24,934 nucleotides of DNA from Lingula anatina (Eukaryota > Animalia > Brachiopoda): NCBI GenBank assembly GCA_051362555.1, contig CM120646.1, positions 24,276,642 to 24,301,575 on the forward strand, given 5' to 3'. The stretch's first letter is position 1, and the number at the start of each line of letters is the position of its first letter. Positions 22,214-24,934 of this stretch are shown here, in pieces. The translations under genes and the position numbers were made by a program. The notes under the pieces are model-generated. The model was not told where the DNA came from. It was given only the letters and a program-made list of their open reading frames with translations, and ran no database searches.

Positions 22214-22257
22214 GGGCCATTCCATAGTAGTCTTGAAGAAGTATCATGGAATGGCCC
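22214..22257. repeat. 44-bp hairpin with 12-bp perfect stem
   Basis: GGGCCATTCCAT-20 nt-ATGGAATGGCCC. Confidence 0.85.
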
Positions 22258-22284
22258 TATAACAAATAATCTAAGATACCATAC

Positions 22285-22332
22285 CTATCTTTGAATACAC
22301 AGGCTTCATAGGTAGCCTGCTCCTGTGCATGT
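22285..22332 (-). CDS. Candidate 48-nt receptor-tail microexon
   Basis: Donor AG|GTATGG; acceptor tttttatccaatttgtattaag (weaker AAG type); phase 2/2; HAQEQATYEACVFKD(R); in frame with both neighbours. Confidence 0.5.
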
Positions 22333-22753
22333 CTTAATACAAATTGGATAAAAATCACAATGAAAATATGATACAATCTTTGGTAAAATGTTAAATATTA
22401 TGCAAAAAAACTATTTCTATAAACCAAATTTAATCTCGTAGTCCATGGTACTTAAAATACATATCACCTACCAAAAGACCCATCTTGATTTTCTTTTTTA
22501 TGAAATGGGCATGATAGCTGCTGCTGGGAAAGCTAGCTAAATATAAAGCTTAAGCATGCAAATTTGTTTTCTGGATAGAAAAACTTACCAGAATCTTACC
22601 AAATCTGTTGAACTTCAGATATTAAATAGCAATATAATCCATACAAACAATTATCAGAATGTCTCTTTTTGTCAATGAAGTTCCTTAAAAATGATCATGC
22701 AGCTAGTGTAACTATTAAGTCTAAGGCTCCATTCACATTTATACCTTCCAAGC

Positions 22754-22889
22754 TGTCACATCTAACGCAATTTCACATCCAATGCAATGTCACATCCAAC
22801 GCAATGACACATCCAACACAATGTCACATCCAATGCAATGTCACATCCAACACAATGTCACATCCAACAATGTCACACCTAACTCAATG
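22754..22889 (+). repeat. 17-bp minisatellite, about 8 copies
   Basis: Consensus TGTCACATCCAAYRCAA. Confidence 0.92.
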
Positions 22890-23941
22890 CCATCTCTATA
22901 TTGTTTCTGCAGAATTGTAGTATTCTCCAAGGAATCTTAATAATCTAATGCAAAATAATGCAAGCAATAAATCTGATAAACAAAGCTCATTTGAAGGGGC
23001 CCCTTCAATGTGTATTATGCTACTGCTTTTGTTAAGGATAGTCAAACGCCATACTTTGTCATTATAAAAAAGCCTGTTATCTGTGCCAACAGAGACAGTC
23101 TGCCAGGTCAGTGTCATACAAATTTGACACTCCTTGTGACTGGTAAAAGGCATATGGTGCAATAGGCAAATGTGTTGGCTAGGTTGCAATCAGCTGACTA
23201 TTCAGGTATTCAGCGGGGGATAGATTATTACCTGAACCACTTAGCGAGCACTTTCAAAGCTCAGCAATGCCTGGGGTATCTTAATAGCAACTTTGGCTCA
23301 GGCCAGAAAGCTTGTATTTTGTGACAAATATTTGCATTGATTGAAATGATTTGTACTACCAAATTACTGTAGTAAAGAAATCAGGTGAAAAATAACAGCA
23401 GCTACTTATTAATACCAATATGAAAGAGGTTATAGCACAGTGTCAACATCTGGTTAAAACATAAGATTCTGAAGCAGAGATAGCTCAATCACTGAAAAAT
23501 AGAATCATAAACTACCAGAAGGTAACGCCAAACACACATATTAGTAGTTTTAATAACCCACAGCAGGATGCAAGGGAGGATAAAAATGTAACCAAAAAGG
23601 AAAACATCAAAAATATCAACTAAATGACAATACTTGATGCCTTTTTTTTTAATTGATTATTCTACCAGAAGAAAAACTGGTCAAGTTCTCTCCTGGTTTT
23701 CACCAGTACTAGGCAAATAAAAATGCCAAGACCACTAAACATTTTCTTATATTTTCTCCCTCCTCCCCTCCCTCTCCCCCACCCCCACCCCACCCCACCC
23801 CCAGCAGACATAAACAAGCCATTGCAGTGGGCTGTTGCAGATGCAGGGAAATGTTGAACCTTGTAGAGAGGGTGTCTGTCAATCAAGATTGTAAAAAAGA
23901 AAAAGGTTAAGGAAGAACAATTGAATAAGAACTCTACTTAC

Positions 23942-23977
23942 ACAAGGGAGTAGGTATGCCCACTATCAGTGTGAGGA
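23942..23977 (-). CDS. Candidate 36-nt receptor-tail microexon (gene continues beyond window)
   Basis: Strong acceptor tttgttgcttctttcag and donor GTAAGT; phase 2/2; PHTDSGHTYSL(V); phase matches the downstream exons. Confidence 0.68.
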
Positions 23978-24342
23978 CTGAAAGAAGCAACAAACCCCAA
24001 GTCATTAGCAAATTATATAATACACAACAAAAACAAAATACAGAGACGCATTTCATTATTTCTTTTTTAATCCCACACGACTAATATTTGTTGCTAAACC
24101 AAAAGGGAAAAGCTGATGTAATATATAATGTTTGTTTTTACTTCAACAAAGCAATTGTACACCTGTTAGAAATATAAACAGAATGAAGCCATACAATACA
24201 CTGCTGTACACATATTTAGATATCACACAATATGGAAAGTTTGGGTTTCTATTTTGGTTTCACTTTCACATCTTGAATGTAAGTGTAGGTGAAAATTCTC
24301 CCTATCCCCCTTTTTTTTCATTTTCCTGTCTCGGTCACCTTA

Positions 24343-24557
24343 GACCCCATTTCCAGAGATAAGATCGATCTACTTAAGATCGACCTAACTCCCTAGGGGT
24401 TCACGCTAAATAGCTGTCAGCCGAACGGGCACGAAAGTTAATTACCCCCTTCCAGTTTGTAGTAGGCGTGACGGACATTTAAGCCGGATTATCTGACAGT
24501 AATCTAGTGAGACTCCCCGCGGGGATAGATCGATCTAAAAGCTCTGTGAATACTCCC
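24343..24557. mobile_element. Palindromic MITE, family A copy 2, TTA flanks
   Basis: AGATCGATCTA / TAGATCGATCT subterminal IR; interior TCACGCTAAAT.GCTGTCAG...ATTACCCCC...GCGTGAC.GACATTTAAGCCGG...TAGTGAGACTCCCC shared with 5749-5977; TTA at 24340-42 and 24558-60. Confidence 0.85.
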
Positions 24558-24934
24558 TTAGTCCCATACCAAAAAGGACCGTCCCCCCCCCCCAAGCCTT
24601 CACCATACACATGCATGATATTTAGTACTACTCATGCATAAATAATGATGAAAATTAAAGAAGGACAGATACAAATGTTAGTAGGATTAGTATTAAATGT
24701 CAGGACGGCACCTGGGGGTTTTCTTTACTTCATTCTAGAACATTTTCTCCACATCTGCATTCTGTTTTGCCTTTTACCTTCACAGATATTTGCAATTGTA
24801 TCAATAATTCACTACCGAGTCATCAGAATATAATTTCAGTAACTTGGTCTCATCATTCAAGGAAGAGAAATGTTCTGGACTCGTACTACGTACTAGAAGT
24901 ACTAAATGATTTAATAGCTCAAGTAGATTTCTTT

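Noticed and set aside
22583-22600. Two GTAAG donor-like sites on the minus strand
   Set aside because: Phase-2 splicing to the downstream exon creates TGA, and there is no convincing acceptor.

Overview
AT-rich, intron-containing eukaryotic DNA, most likely from a marine invertebrate (echinoderm/hemichordate-like repeat content; species not determinable). Almost all long ORFs in the track are spurious; the real genes are spliced. (1) 1-2219 (+): last four coding exons of an SLC5 sodium:solute symporter (SMCT/SMVT/NIS group) ending in a PDZ-type -SRL tail. (2) About 3.66-8.26 kb (+): promoter and first four coding exons (172 aa) of an Elovl2/5-type PUFA elongase; I found none of its C-terminal exons in the remaining 16.6 kb. 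(3) 14998-23977 (-): four small exons, not captured in frame by the ORF track, that splice into a tyrosine-motif-rich cytoplasmic tail ending in ITIM (IVYADL) plus ITSM (TEYAEI), i.e. a candidate invertebrate inhibitory receptor whose TM and ectodomain exons lie beyond the right edge. (4) 9848-12303: an apparently complete non-autonomous Helentron/DINE-1-like element with about 9 copies of a 146-bp satellite, most carrying a perfect DR1 (AGGTCAAAGGTCA). Many MITEs and small repeats fill the introns. All splice models were read by eye and have no transcript support.
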